Positions 8,384-16,165 of a stretch of DNA of 22,721 nt are shown one piece after another. The notes beneath the pieces are model-generated. The model was not told where the DNA came from, did no database searches, and saw nothing but the letters and a program-made list of their open reading frames with translations. The DNA comes from Candidatus Zixiibacteriota bacterium (GTDB taxonomy: Bacteria; Zixibacteria; MSB-5A5; GN15; FEB-12), in assembly GCA_041742355.1 (NCBI GenBank), contig JBGSIV010000207.1:1-22721 (forward strand). Reading direction: 5' to 3'. How positions within the stretch are numbered: the first letter of the stretch is position 1; every line of letters starts with the position of its first letter. A program made the position numbers and the translations under genes.

Positions 8384-9115
8384 TCAGCTGCCGCCCGCGA
8401 CCCGTTTGAACAGGTGGTCGAGCGTGTTGTCCTGCGTCGTGACCGCGCGCGCGTTCGCTTCGTACTCGCGGAACGCGACGATCATGTCGATCATCTCGCG
8501 GACTATATCGACGTTGGATTCTTCGAGGTACCCCTGCCGGATCACGCTGTTGTTGACCGGGGTTGTCTGCACTCCCTCGGGCAGCACGAACAGCGAGGCG
8601 CCGATTTTCTCGAGAATCTGCAGGTTGTCGACCGTCACCGGCCGAACCCGTCCGATCACGTTGCCGTTGACTTCGATTTCGCCGGCGGCCGAAACGGTGA
8701 GCGTGCCGTTGCCCGGCTCGATCGCTCCTCCTTCGGCCAGGAGGATCGGCCCGTCGGTGTGAGCGAGCAGCCCTTCCCGGTTGACGGAGAAGGATCCCGA
8801 GCGGGTCAGCGCGGTGCGCCCGTCGGCGAGTTCGACCTGGAAGAAGCCGTCGCCGTCGATCGCGAGGTCGAGCGGGTTGTCGGTTCGTGCGAACGATCCC
8901 CCCTCGAAGTTCGTGTAGACATCGTCGATCATTGGCTGCTCCCAGTCGGAGCGCACCGGCAGGTGCTTGCGCTGGGCTTTGGTCAGCTCCTTGGTGAAGA
9001 CGGCGTCTTTCTTGAAGCCGGCCGTGTTGGCGTTGGAGACGTTGTTGGCAATTGTCTCCTGCCGTTTGATCGTGGGCAACATGCCCGATGCCGAGCGATA
9101 CAGACCTTTAATCAT
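8384..9115 (-). CDS. flgF: Proximal rod protein FlgF
   Basis: Start moved to ATG 9115 (MIKGLYRSASGM, GGAGG RBS); IANNVSNANTAGFK, TDNPLDLAIDGDGFF, QGYLEESNV; precedes flgG. Confidence 0.9.
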   Translation of the reverse strand: MIKGLYRSASGMLPTIKRQETIANNVSNANTAGFKKDAVFTKELTKAQRKHLPVRSDWEQPMIDDVYTNFEGGSFARTDNPLDLAIDGDGFFQVELADGRTALTRSGSFSVNREGLLAHTDGPILLAEGGAIEPGNGTLTVSAAGEIEVNGNVIGRVRPVTVDNLQILEKIGASLFVLPEGVQTTPVNNSVIRQGYLEESNVDIVREMIDMIVAFREYEANARAVTTQDNTLDHLFKRVAGGS

Positions 9116-9138
9116 AGTTTCCTCCGGGGATTCGTCTA

Positions 9139-9155
9139 TGCATGGCCTGTGCCAA
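9139..9155 (-). promoter_or_regulatory. Putative sigma54 promoter of the flgF operon
   Basis: Minus strand TTGGCAC-AGGCC-ATGCA with exact GG-N10-GC spacing. Confidence 0.8.
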
Positions 9156-9171
9156 CCGGCAGAACTTGGCC

Positions 9172-9184
9172 TAAGCGATTGAAT
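9172..9184 (-). promoter_or_regulatory. Possible IHF site between enhancer and sigma54 promoter
   Basis: ATTCAA-TCGC-TTA, one mismatch to WATCAANNNNTTR, at about -43 to -55. Confidence 0.35.
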
Positions 9185-9229
9185 CGATGGAGATTGCGTG
9201 GTTGCCTCCCTCTCCGTCCTGAGGGACAC

Positions 9230-9266
9230 CGGGAAGGATTTTCCGGTCGCGTCGGAGGACTTTTCC
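9230..9266. promoter_or_regulatory. Putative tandem enhancer (UAS) sites for the sigma54 activator
   Basis: CGGGAAGGATTTTCCGG (9230-9246) matches 17568-17584 at 13/17 positions; second core GGAGGACTTTTCC lies 22 nt further. Confidence 0.55.
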
Positions 9267-9309
9267 TGGGAGTGGACGGATGGCGAACAGGTTTACGGTT
9301 ACACAGATT

Positions 9310-9350
9310 GAAGGCCGCTCCGGTTGTTCCGGGGCGGCCTTCTTCATTTG
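9310..9350 (+). terminator. Intrinsic-terminator-like hairpin, better on the plus strand
   Basis: GAAGGCCGCTCCGG-ttgtt-CCGGGGCGGCCTTC followed by TTCATTTG. One pair is U-G on plus but a C-A mismatch on minus. May also terminate the Cys-rich ORF. Confidence 0.65.
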
Positions 9351-9373
9351 TCGGTCGGGGTGCCTTCCCCGGT

Positions 9374-9586
9374 CTATTTGGGGAGGTTCGCGAATCTGGC
9401 CCGGGTTTTGTCAATCAGCTTGTCCATGGCCTCGTGGAAGCGGGCCTCGTTGAAATACTGGCCGTTGGACTTCTGGTACAGGGGGCAATCGGTCTTGTAG
9501 CCGAAGCACTTCAGGTCTTCGGCGAGGTAACAGGCGCGGATATAGGCGCACCGCGCGGCGGGTTTGGTGTTGGGGTCAGTCGCCAT
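9374..9586 (-). CDS. Small hypothetical Cys-rich protein (70 aa, C-x5-C-x7-C-x6-C)
   Basis: MATDPNTKPAARCAYIRACYLAEDLKCFGYKTDCPLYQKSNGQYFNEARFHEAMDKLIDKTRARFANLPK; fills an intergenic gap, natural-looking composition, sigma28-like motif just upstream and hairpin downstream. Confidence 0.7.
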   Translation of the reverse strand: MATDPNTKPAARCAYIRACYLAEDLKCFGYKTDCPLYQKSNGQYFNEARFHEAMDKLIDKTRARFANLPK

Positions 9587-9593
9587 GGTCAGT

Positions 9594-9621
9594 CTATCGA
9601 CCGCTTTCACCGAAAGCTTCA
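9594..9621 (-). promoter_or_regulatory. Putative sigma28 promoter of the Cys-rich ORF (leaderless)
   Basis: TGAA-N16-GTCGATAG ending 7 nt before the ATG; same 16-nt spacer as the flgN promoter; spacer contains palindrome GCTTTC-GGT-GAAAGC. Confidence 0.5.
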
Positions 9622-9712
9622 GACTGCGCTCCAGCAATTCAGTGGGAAATTGATTGCGCAGCAGAACCTGCACACCGGCAACTTCTGCCCCGGAAGCTTT
9701 TCTTCTTTTCCA

Positions 9713-9741
9713 TTGCGCCGGAGAGCCGTCCAGTGTATATT
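9713..9741 (+). promoter_or_regulatory. Putative sigma70 promoter for the cohesin/dockerin-like gene
   Basis: TTGCGC-N17-TATATT preceded by a T-rich tract. Confidence 0.45.
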
Positions 9742-9882
9742 ATCCGGCGTAAAGAGCAACTGATATAAGTACTTACATGGGGCTTCCGCCCCGGCCACCG
9801 CAACCCAGAGGTTTTCGCGACCTTTCTTCGTTAACGCGCATCATATTTGCTCAGTTGGGTCTCGAAAGAAAGGGGTATCCGT

Positions 9883-10641
9883 ATGCTTAGTCGGATCGCA
9901 CCAGTCATACTGCTTTGCCTGTTCGCCCTGCTGGTCCTGGCACTGCCTTCGGCCGCCCAGGATCCCGGTATTCGCGATACCGTGCGCGTTGACTCCGTGG
10001 CTACCTACACCAACAGCTCGGCCGTTGTCCCCATCAATTTCTATAACGATGAGGCTCTCGGGGGGCTTGAGGTAACGATCCGGTTCAGTTCGCCGGATGT
10101 CCGGATCGATTCGTTCTCGTTTGTCGGCGGGCGGCTCCAGTTCTACTCCATTAAGGGCACTTTCTCCCCCACCGGCGGCTACTCCATCTACTGCGCTCCG
10201 TTCAATGAACCGACGATTCCAGTCGGCAGCGGTCTGCTGGGCAGCCTCTTTCTATCGTGGGATGTCGGAATCACGCCGCAGGTCGTCACGATTGATACGA
10301 TTACCATCGTAGCCAACGATGTGGAGTACTCAAATAACTTCTCAACGGTGGCTGCTCAGCGGTTCAAGCCCCGTTTCCTCGCCGGCAAGGTCAACATTCT
10401 TCAGGGATTCGGCTGCTGCATCGGTCTGCGCGGTAATGCCGATGGCGATCCGGAAGACAAGGTCAACATATCGGATCTGACTGCGCTTATCGCCCAGTTG
10501 TTCCGCGGGGCTCCGCCGGCGGACTGCCCGGCCGAGGCCGATATCAATGGCGAGGGGGGCGAGGTTGCCAACATCGCCGATGTGACCTACATGGTGGCGT
10601 ACCTCTTCCGCGCCGGACCGGCTCCTGCGGCCTGTCAGTGA
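9883..10641 (+). CDS. Secreted protein with cohesin-like beta-sandwich domain and C-terminal dockerin-like domain
   Basis: Signal peptide (MLSRIAPVILLCLFALLVLALPSAA-Q), beta-rich domain (VVPINFYNDEALGGLEVTIRF...IPVGSGLLG), duplicated EF-hand-like repeats GNADGDPEDKVNISDLTALIAQLF and ADINGEGGEVANIADVTYMVAYLF; AGGGG RBS before ATG 9883. Confidence 0.82.
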   Translation: MLSRIAPVILLCLFALLVLALPSAAQDPGIRDTVRVDSVATYTNSSAVVPINFYNDEALGGLEVTIRFSSPDVRIDSFSFVGGRLQFYSIKGTFSPTGGYSIYCAPFNEPTIPVGSGLLGSLFLSWDVGITPQVVTIDTITIVANDVEYSNNFSTVAAQRFKPRFLAGKVNILQGFGCCIGLRGNADGDPEDKVNISDLTALIAQLFRGAPPADCPAEADINGEGGEVANIADVTYMVAYLFRAGPAPAACQ

Positions 10642-10702
10642 CGAGGCAGAATGACTGGAGATCCGCTCGAACGATTGCAGAGATGATTCGGAGAGTATGT
10701 CG

Positions 10703-10730
10703 ACAGCCCGGGCAACCGGGCTGTTTTTTT
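10703..10730 (+). terminator. Rho-independent terminator of the plus-strand gene
   Basis: ACAGCCCGG-GCAA-CCGGGCTGT (9 bp stem, GNRA loop) followed by a T run; abuts the convergent fliJ stop. Confidence 0.88.
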
Positions 10731-11184
10731 ACGCCGGTTTTGATTGTCCCGACCGGAAAATATTCAGCCCGACCTCGTCGTTTTCCTTGGCCGCGGCCTG
10801 CTCGGCCTCGCGGTAGAAGGTCTCCCGCTGGTGGTCTCTGAGTGTTTCGTAGATTTTCCGGTTCTTCGCTGCCTCCAGCAGGGCGTCGCGGCGGCGCGCC
10901 TCGGTCTTGCGCAGCGCCCGCAGGAGTTCTTCCGCCCCCAGTGAGTCCCGCTTCAGGCGGTAGAGATAGCGCGAGTAGATCTGCAGATCGCTCACCCGCA
11001 TTGTCCCGGCCTGTTGCTCCCGCTTTCGTTCGAGCGTCTCCTGGCTCTTCCCATAAAGGGTGTCGAGCCGGCTCTTCTGCTCCTGCACCTGACGCATGGC
11101 GTCGGCCAGTTCCTTCTGCCGGTCCTTCTCGATCTGTTCGCGCTGTTTGAGGAGCGCCTCAAGACGAAATCGGAATCGCTTCAC
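10729..11184 (-). CDS. fliJ: Flagellar export protein FliJ
   Basis: MKRFRFRLEALLKQRE N-terminus, coiled coil, C-terminal KENDE; follows fliI. Confidence 0.92.
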   Translation of the reverse strand: MKRFRFRLEALLKQREQIEKDRQKELADAMRQVQEQKSRLDTLYGKSQETLERKREQQAGTMRVSDLQIYSRYLYRLKRDSLGAEELLRALRKTEARRRDALLEAAKNRKIYETLRDHQRETFYREAEQAAAKENDEVGLNIFRSGQSKPA

Positions 11185-11198
11185 TACCCCTCCCCCTT

Positions 11199-12515
11199 TC
11201 AGTCGGCCAGAATTGCGCCGAGGTGCCTGATGGAATCGTCAAACTCCGACAGCTCGTGAATGCCCTGCCGGAAGAACTGGTTGAGAGCGTCATACTTCGC
11301 TATCGCCCGGTCAATCTTCGGATTCGATCCCTTGACGTAGGCGCCGATATTGATCAGATCCTCGGCGTCGCGGTATACTGCCAGCAGCTCCCGTACCTGT
11401 CCGGCGAGCGCGATTTGCTCCGGTGTGGAGACGGTCTTCATAAGCCGGCTGATGGAGTCGAGGATGTCGATCGCCGGATACAGGTTGCGGGCGGCCAACC
11501 GCCGCGAGAGCGTCACATGGCCGTCGAGAATCGACCGCACCGCGTCGGAGACCGGTTCGTTGAAGTCGTCTCCCTCGACCAGCACGCTGTACAGCCCGGT
11601 GATCGAACCCTTGTCCGACTGTCCCGCCCGTTCGAGCAGGCCCGGAAGCAAGGCGAAAACCGACGGCGTGTAGCCCTTGGTCGTCGGCGGTTCACCGATT
11701 GCGATGCCGATTTCGCGCTGGGCCATCGCGATGCGGGTGATCGAGTCCATTAGCAGCAGGACATCCATCCCCTGTTCGCGGAAGTGTTCGGCGATGGTGG
11801 TTGCGACCATGGCACCCTTGATGCGAATGAGCGCCGGCTGATCCGAGGTCACGGCCACAACTACCGAGCGCTTCATACCTTCTGGACCGAGGTCCGATTC
11901 GATAAACTCGCGTACTTCCCTGCCGCGCTCTCCGACCAACGCTACGACGTTGACGTCGGCGGTCGTTCCGCGGGCCATCATGCCCAGGAGGATTGACTTT
12001 CCCACGCCCGAACCGGCGAATACGCCCATCCGCTGTCCCTTGCCGAGGGCCGCCGGGATGTCAACGGCCCGTACGCCGGTCCGCAGCGGCTCGGTGATGC
12101 GTCGTCGTGACAGGGCCGGAATAGGCTCGGCGTTGATCGACCGGGTCTGACCGGTATACACGGAGCCCTTGCCGTCGATGGGCTGGCCGAGTCCGCCGAG
12201 AACGCGCCCGATCAGCTCTTTGCCCACGGGGACGCGGAGTTGGTCAGAGGTGGAGGTGACGATTGCCCCGGGGGTTATTCCGGTGATCGGTCCGAGGGGC
12301 ATAAGCAGAATCCGATTGTCTCGGAATCCCACGACTTCCGCGCGGACCTTTACGCCGGTATCGTGATTTTCGATCGTGCAGAGCCGCCCGATCGAGACGG
12401 CCGGTCCGGCCGATTCGATAACCAGACCCACCACCTGGGTCACCTTGCCGTAGTGCTTGACCGTGTTGGTCGAGCGGATTCGCTCGGCGTAGATCTCGTA
12501 CGGAAGGTAGCTCAC
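11199..12515 (-). CDS. fliI: Flagellar export ATPase FliI
   Basis: Walker A AGSGVGKS, GERGREV, Walker B LLLMDSITR, GEPPTTKGYTPS. Confidence 0.97.
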   Translation of the reverse strand: MSYLPYEIYAERIRSTNTVKHYGKVTQVVGLVIESAGPAVSIGRLCTIENHDTGVKVRAEVVGFRDNRILLMPLGPITGITPGAIVTSTSDQLRVPVGKELIGRVLGGLGQPIDGKGSVYTGQTRSINAEPIPALSRRRITEPLRTGVRAVDIPAALGKGQRMGVFAGSGVGKSILLGMMARGTTADVNVVALVGERGREVREFIESDLGPEGMKRSVVVAVTSDQPALIRIKGAMVATTIAEHFREQGMDVLLLMDSITRIAMAQREIGIAIGEPPTTKGYTPSVFALLPGLLERAGQSDKGSITGLYSVLVEGDDFNEPVSDAVRSILDGHVTLSRRLAARNLYPAIDILDSISRLMKTVSTPEQIALAGQVRELLAVYRDAEDLINIGAYVKGSNPKIDRAIAKYDALNQFFRQGIHELSEFDDSIRHLGAILAD

Positions 12516-13213
12516 CGCCCGGCCTCATCGGTCAGGAGGGCTTCTTCGACAATTTCAAACTGCGACTCCAGCCGGGCATCGATATCGCCGTGCGGCGTTT
12601 CGATGAAGCACCCGCCGTAGCGCACCCGCGGGTCGGGCTCGATCGAAATCTCCTTGATCGTCGCCGAGCCTTTGAGAAACTGCTCGATATTCTGTTCGAC
12701 AATCGGCAGGTGGTCGGGATTGACTTTGATCTTGATGCGCGACCGGTCCAGGAGCGTGTTGATGACGCCGTCGATCAGCTTCACAGTGGATTCCGGGTCG
12801 ATCTCGACCGCGCCGAAAGTCACCTGGCGGCTGATTTGCAGGACGAGGTTGAGGATGTTTTTCCGGGCCTCTTCGAGCATCGCGGCCCGCTGGTTGACCG
12901 CCTCCTTGATGGCGGCGTCGAATTGCCGCATCACCTGTTCGGCTCTGGTCAGCCCCTGCTTCAGGCCGGCCGCCTGGCCGTCCTTCATCCCGCTCTGGTA
13001 CGCCTCCTGGCGGACCCGATCCAAAACCTGCTCGATGGCAAAGACCTCCTCGATCGGGACAAACCGGGCACCATCGGGGTCGGTGGTAATCGTCACTGAG
13101 GGAAACAGGCGGCCGAGGGTGGCGACAGCCTGCTCCTGGCGATCGAAATCGAGATGACGCTCCCCCACCAGGATGGTCGGCGCCACCCGGACGTGTCGGA
13201 GTATTTTAGACAA
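12512..13213 (-). CDS. fliH: Flagellar assembly protein FliH
   Basis: AxxxG(xxxG) repeats (AYQSGMKDGQAAGLKQG), VNPDHL, GGCFIETPHGDIDARLE. Start moved to TTG 13213 (AAGGAAG upstream), overlapping the end of fliG. Confidence 0.9.
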   Translation of the reverse strand: MSKILRHVRVAPTILVGERHLDFDRQEQAVATLGRLFPSVTITTDPDGARFVPIEEVFAIEQVLDRVRQEAYQSGMKDGQAAGLKQGLTRAEQVMRQFDAAIKEAVNQRAAMLEEARKNILNLVLQISRQVTFGAVEIDPESTVKLIDGVINTLLDRSRIKIKVNPDHLPIVEQNIEQFLKGSATIKEISIEPDPRVRYGGCFIETPHGDIDARLESQFEIVEEALLTDEAGR

Positions 13214-14228
13214 TGATATCTTCCTTGCCGCCGCGGCCGGAGATGAGGATCTGGCCTTCCTCTTCGAGGCGACGAACCGCTTCCACGATCCGCCCCTGGG
13301 CCGCCTCGACATCGGAGAGCCGCGTCGGTCCCATGAATTCCATTTCCTCGCGGATCATTACCGCCACGCGTTCGGAGACATTGGCGAAGATCTTGTTCTT
13401 GACCTCGTCCGAGGCCGCCTTGAGCGCGATCGCCAGGTCTTTCGTCTCCACTTCCTTGAGGAGCCGCTGCACCGAGCGGTCATCCAGCAGCGTGAGGTCG
13501 TCGAACACGAACATCATGTTCTTCACCTCGGCCGCGAGATCCGGGTCCTCCGCTTCGAGCGACTGGAGGATGTTCTTTTCGGCCGACGTGTCGATGAGAT
13601 TGAGGATTTCGGCGATCGCCTTGGCGCCGCCGGAGGCCGACATGACCCCGGTGGCCGAGGCATCGAAGTGCCCCGAGAGAGTCTGTTCGATCTCGCGGAG
13701 AATCTCCGGTGCGATCTTTTCCATGGTCGCTATGCGCAGGGACACCTCCGCTTGCAGCTCCGGCGACAGCTCGGAGAGCACCGCCGCAGCATGCTGCGGG
13801 GTGAGCTGGGTCAGAATCAGCGAGATGGTCTGCGGATGTTCATTCTGAAGAAAACTTGTGAGCTGCTTGGGGTCGATGTCTTTCAGGAGCGAGAACCCCG
13901 ACGACTTGATAGTCGACTCAAGCCGAGTCATGATCTCGCGCGCCTTGGTGCTGCCCACTGCCGATTCGAGGATTTTCCGGGCAAAGTCGATACCACCCTG
14001 CGAGATGTACTGCCGAGCCATGAAGATCTGGTAGCACTCGTCGATGACTTTTTCCTCGATTTCGGCCGGCACGTCGCGGAGATTGGCGATCTCGATCGTG
14101 ATCTTTTCGAGATCCGACTCGGGCATCCCCTTGAGGACGTGGGCCGAGACCTCTGGCCCGAATGCAACCAGGGCCACGGCCGCTTTTTGCAGCGGCGACA
14201 TGCTGTCGTATTTCAGCGCGGTAGCCAT
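13206..14228 (-). CDS. fliG: Flagellar motor switch protein FliG
   Basis: KAAVALV, GGIDFA, EHPQTI, MFVFDDL, NVSERVA, DVEAAQ motifs. Confidence 0.97.
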   Translation of the reverse strand: MATALKYDSMSPLQKAAVALVAFGPEVSAHVLKGMPESDLEKITIEIANLRDVPAEIEEKVIDECYQIFMARQYISQGGIDFARKILESAVGSTKAREIMTRLESTIKSSGFSLLKDIDPKQLTSFLQNEHPQTISLILTQLTPQHAAAVLSELSPELQAEVSLRIATMEKIAPEILREIEQTLSGHFDASATGVMSASGGAKAIAEILNLIDTSAEKNILQSLEAEDPDLAAEVKNMMFVFDDLTLLDDRSVQRLLKEVETKDLAIALKAASDEVKNKIFANVSERVAVMIREEMEFMGPTRLSDVEAAQGRIVEAVRRLEEEGQILISGRGGKEDIIV

Positions 14229-15793
14229 TACACGTCACTCATCATGGTTTTGATTGCCCGGGCGATCTCTTCGGGGTCCTTTTTCGCCGCCTGCTGCATT
14301 TCGTCGACCAAGCGCGGCTTGCGCGCCTCAGGGATTATGCGCGGCAACATCGGTTCCGCCTCCGTGGCATCAGACGAACCAGCGGCGTAGGGGCTCGGAC
14401 GGACCGGCGCCGGCGGCGGCATCAACGTCCCAAGCTTGTTGAACAGCTTGCCCACCTTGCGGCGGAAGTACAGGAGCGCCAGGATAGCCAGCACCACCAG
14501 CCCGACCTTTTTCGCGATTTCCACGTAGAACTCGCGCTGGTACATGTCGTCGAGCGCCTGCTGGTCTTCCATCAACTCGCGGCGATCGAAGGCGATGTTA
14601 AACATCTCGATTTGGTCGTTCCGCTGCGAGTCATACCCGACCGCATTCTTGACAATGGCCGCCAGGCGGTCCAATTCCTCCTGCGATCGCGGCTGGTAGG
14701 TAATCGTTTCTTCGCCCCCTTCGCCAGCCACCGGCGTGTAGACCCCATCCACCATCACCGCGATCGACAGCCGTTTGACCGAACCGACACCGTTGATGAT
14801 GTGCTCCATTGTCTTATTCAATTCGTAGTTCGTTATGGTCGTCTCGGTCGAGCCGTTTTCTTCACTCTCGCTCGCTTCGTCGGCTTTGTCCTTGGCCGCC
14901 TGCGACGAAACGGTGCGTTCTTCGCTGCGGATCGCCGGCGCGTTGGCGTCGTACGTTTCGGCCGTCCGCTCCACCTGGGCGAAATCCAGTTCCGCGGTGA
15001 CCCGGATAACCGACCGCCCGCCTCCCAGCACGTTGTCGAGCATTGACTGGGCCTTTTCCTCCAAGTAGCTCTCGGCCTGTTTGCGGACATCGAGCTGCGA
15101 GGCTGTCAGGCCGGCCAGCTCATCCTTTGAGCCCCCAGACGACAGCAGATTACCCTCGTAGTCGATGATTGAGATGTTTTCCGGCTTCAGTCCTTCCACC
15201 GACGACGCTACCAGATGCGAGATACCGTTGACCTGCTGTTTCGACAGGCCGTTACCCCGGAGTTTCAGTACCACCGAGGCCGTGGCCTCTTTCTGATCTG
15301 ATTTGAACAGCCGGTCCTTGGGCATGACGATGTGGACGCGGGCCGCTTTCACTTCCGACAACTGCATGATCGTCTTGGTCAGTTCCCCTTCCAGCGCGCG
15401 GCGGAAGTTCAGGTTCTGCAGGAAGTCGGTCATGCCGAGGTTGTTCTTATCGAACAGGGAGTACCCCATGGTCCCGTTGCGCGGGAGTCCCTCCGAGGCG
15501 AGCGATATCCGCGCGTTGTAGACCTGGTCGGAGGGGACCAGCACGGTCCGGCCGCCGTCGCTCAGTTCATACGGGATCTTGTTGTCGTTGAGGTACGCCA
15601 CGACTTCCCCGGCTTCGGCCTCATCGAGGTCGGAGTACAGGCGGGAGAAGGCGACCTTGTTGATGTAGCCGCTGAGGAATATGGCCCCGACGATTGTCCC
15701 GGCGACTATTCCCAGCAGCATCATGACCTGCCCGGCCGACATGCGGCCGACCCAGGCGGAGAGATTCTTGAGTAGTTGACCTATGCGATCCAT
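14228..15793 (-). CDS. fliF: MS-ring protein FliF
   Basis: N-terminal TM, GYSLFD..LGMTDF, RALEGEL, ARVHIV, ASVVL, VASSVEGL, second TM near the C-terminus. Confidence 0.97.
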   Translation of the reverse strand: MDRIGQLLKNLSAWVGRMSAGQVMMLLGIVAGTIVGAIFLSGYINKVAFSRLYSDLDEAEAGEVVAYLNDNKIPYELSDGGRTVLVPSDQVYNARISLASEGLPRNGTMGYSLFDKNNLGMTDFLQNLNFRRALEGELTKTIMQLSEVKAARVHIVMPKDRLFKSDQKEATASVVLKLRGNGLSKQQVNGISHLVASSVEGLKPENISIIDYEGNLLSSGGSKDELAGLTASQLDVRKQAESYLEEKAQSMLDNVLGGGRSVIRVTAELDFAQVERTAETYDANAPAIRSEERTVSSQAAKDKADEASESEENGSTETTITNYELNKTMEHIINGVGSVKRLSIAVMVDGVYTPVAGEGGEETITYQPRSQEELDRLAAIVKNAVGYDSQRNDQIEMFNIAFDRRELMEDQQALDDMYQREFYVEIAKKVGLVVLAILALLYFRRKVGKLFNKLGTLMPPPAPVRPSPYAAGSSDATEAEPMLPRIIPEARKPRLVDEMQQAAKKDPEEIARAIKTMMSDV

Positions 15794-15849
15794 CGTTCAT
15801 CCTATGGCGTTACCGCGGCCGTCCATAGCCGCGTGGACCTCGGCGCCGG

Positions 15850-16164
15850 TCAGACCGGCATGCGAATCAACTCATTGTATCCTTCGAGCACTTTATTGCG
15901 AATTTCGATGAGCAGCTCGGTGGCCACTCCGGCCTCTTCGGCCTTCACCATCACCTGGTGCAATTCGACCGGCTCTCCCCGGAGAAACGACTCCTGGATA
16001 TCGGCCGCCCCGTGGTGGAGATTGTTGACTCCGCCCACGAACTCCGAGAGCATCTCCCCGAATCCGCCTTCGGCTTTCGGCTCCGCCGACTTATCTTTAG
16101 TCGGATCGAGCTTCGCCGCCGGGCCGGGGACCAGCCGTACTATGCCGCCTACCGGATCAGCCAT
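15850..16164 (-). CDS. fliE: Hook-basal body protein FliE
   Basis: LHQVMVKAEEA...IEIRNKVLEGYNELIRMPV. Confidence 0.95.
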   Translation of the reverse strand: MADPVGGIVRLVPGPAAKLDPTKDKSAEPKAEGGFGEMLSEFVGGVNNLHHGAADIQESFLRGEPVELHQVMVKAEEAGVATELLIEIRNKVLEGYNELIRMPV

Positions 16165-16165
16165 A

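Noticed and set aside
9165..9206. GGCCTAAG...GGTTGCC, resembling the 3' half of a c-di-GMP-I riboswitch
   Set aside because: Wrong strand for flgF, and the GGCAAA...GAAA...GCAAA P2 elements are missing.
9116..9229. N-terminal extensions in the ORF track for flgF (also flgB to 17518, fliH to 13312, the regulator to 20737)
   Set aside because: They run through sigma54 promoters or upstream genes; family-typical starts lie downstream.
8036..9763. 575-aa plus-strand ORF, and similar long antisense ORFs at 5012-6295, 13173-14390 and 20595-22040
   Set aside because: They overlap clear minus-strand genes, show no recognisable motifs, and are expected from GC-rich codon bias.
9766..9775. Palindrome TAAGTACTTA in an AT-rich patch
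   Set aside because: Single short occurrence; it could be an operator or IHF-like site but cannot be supported.
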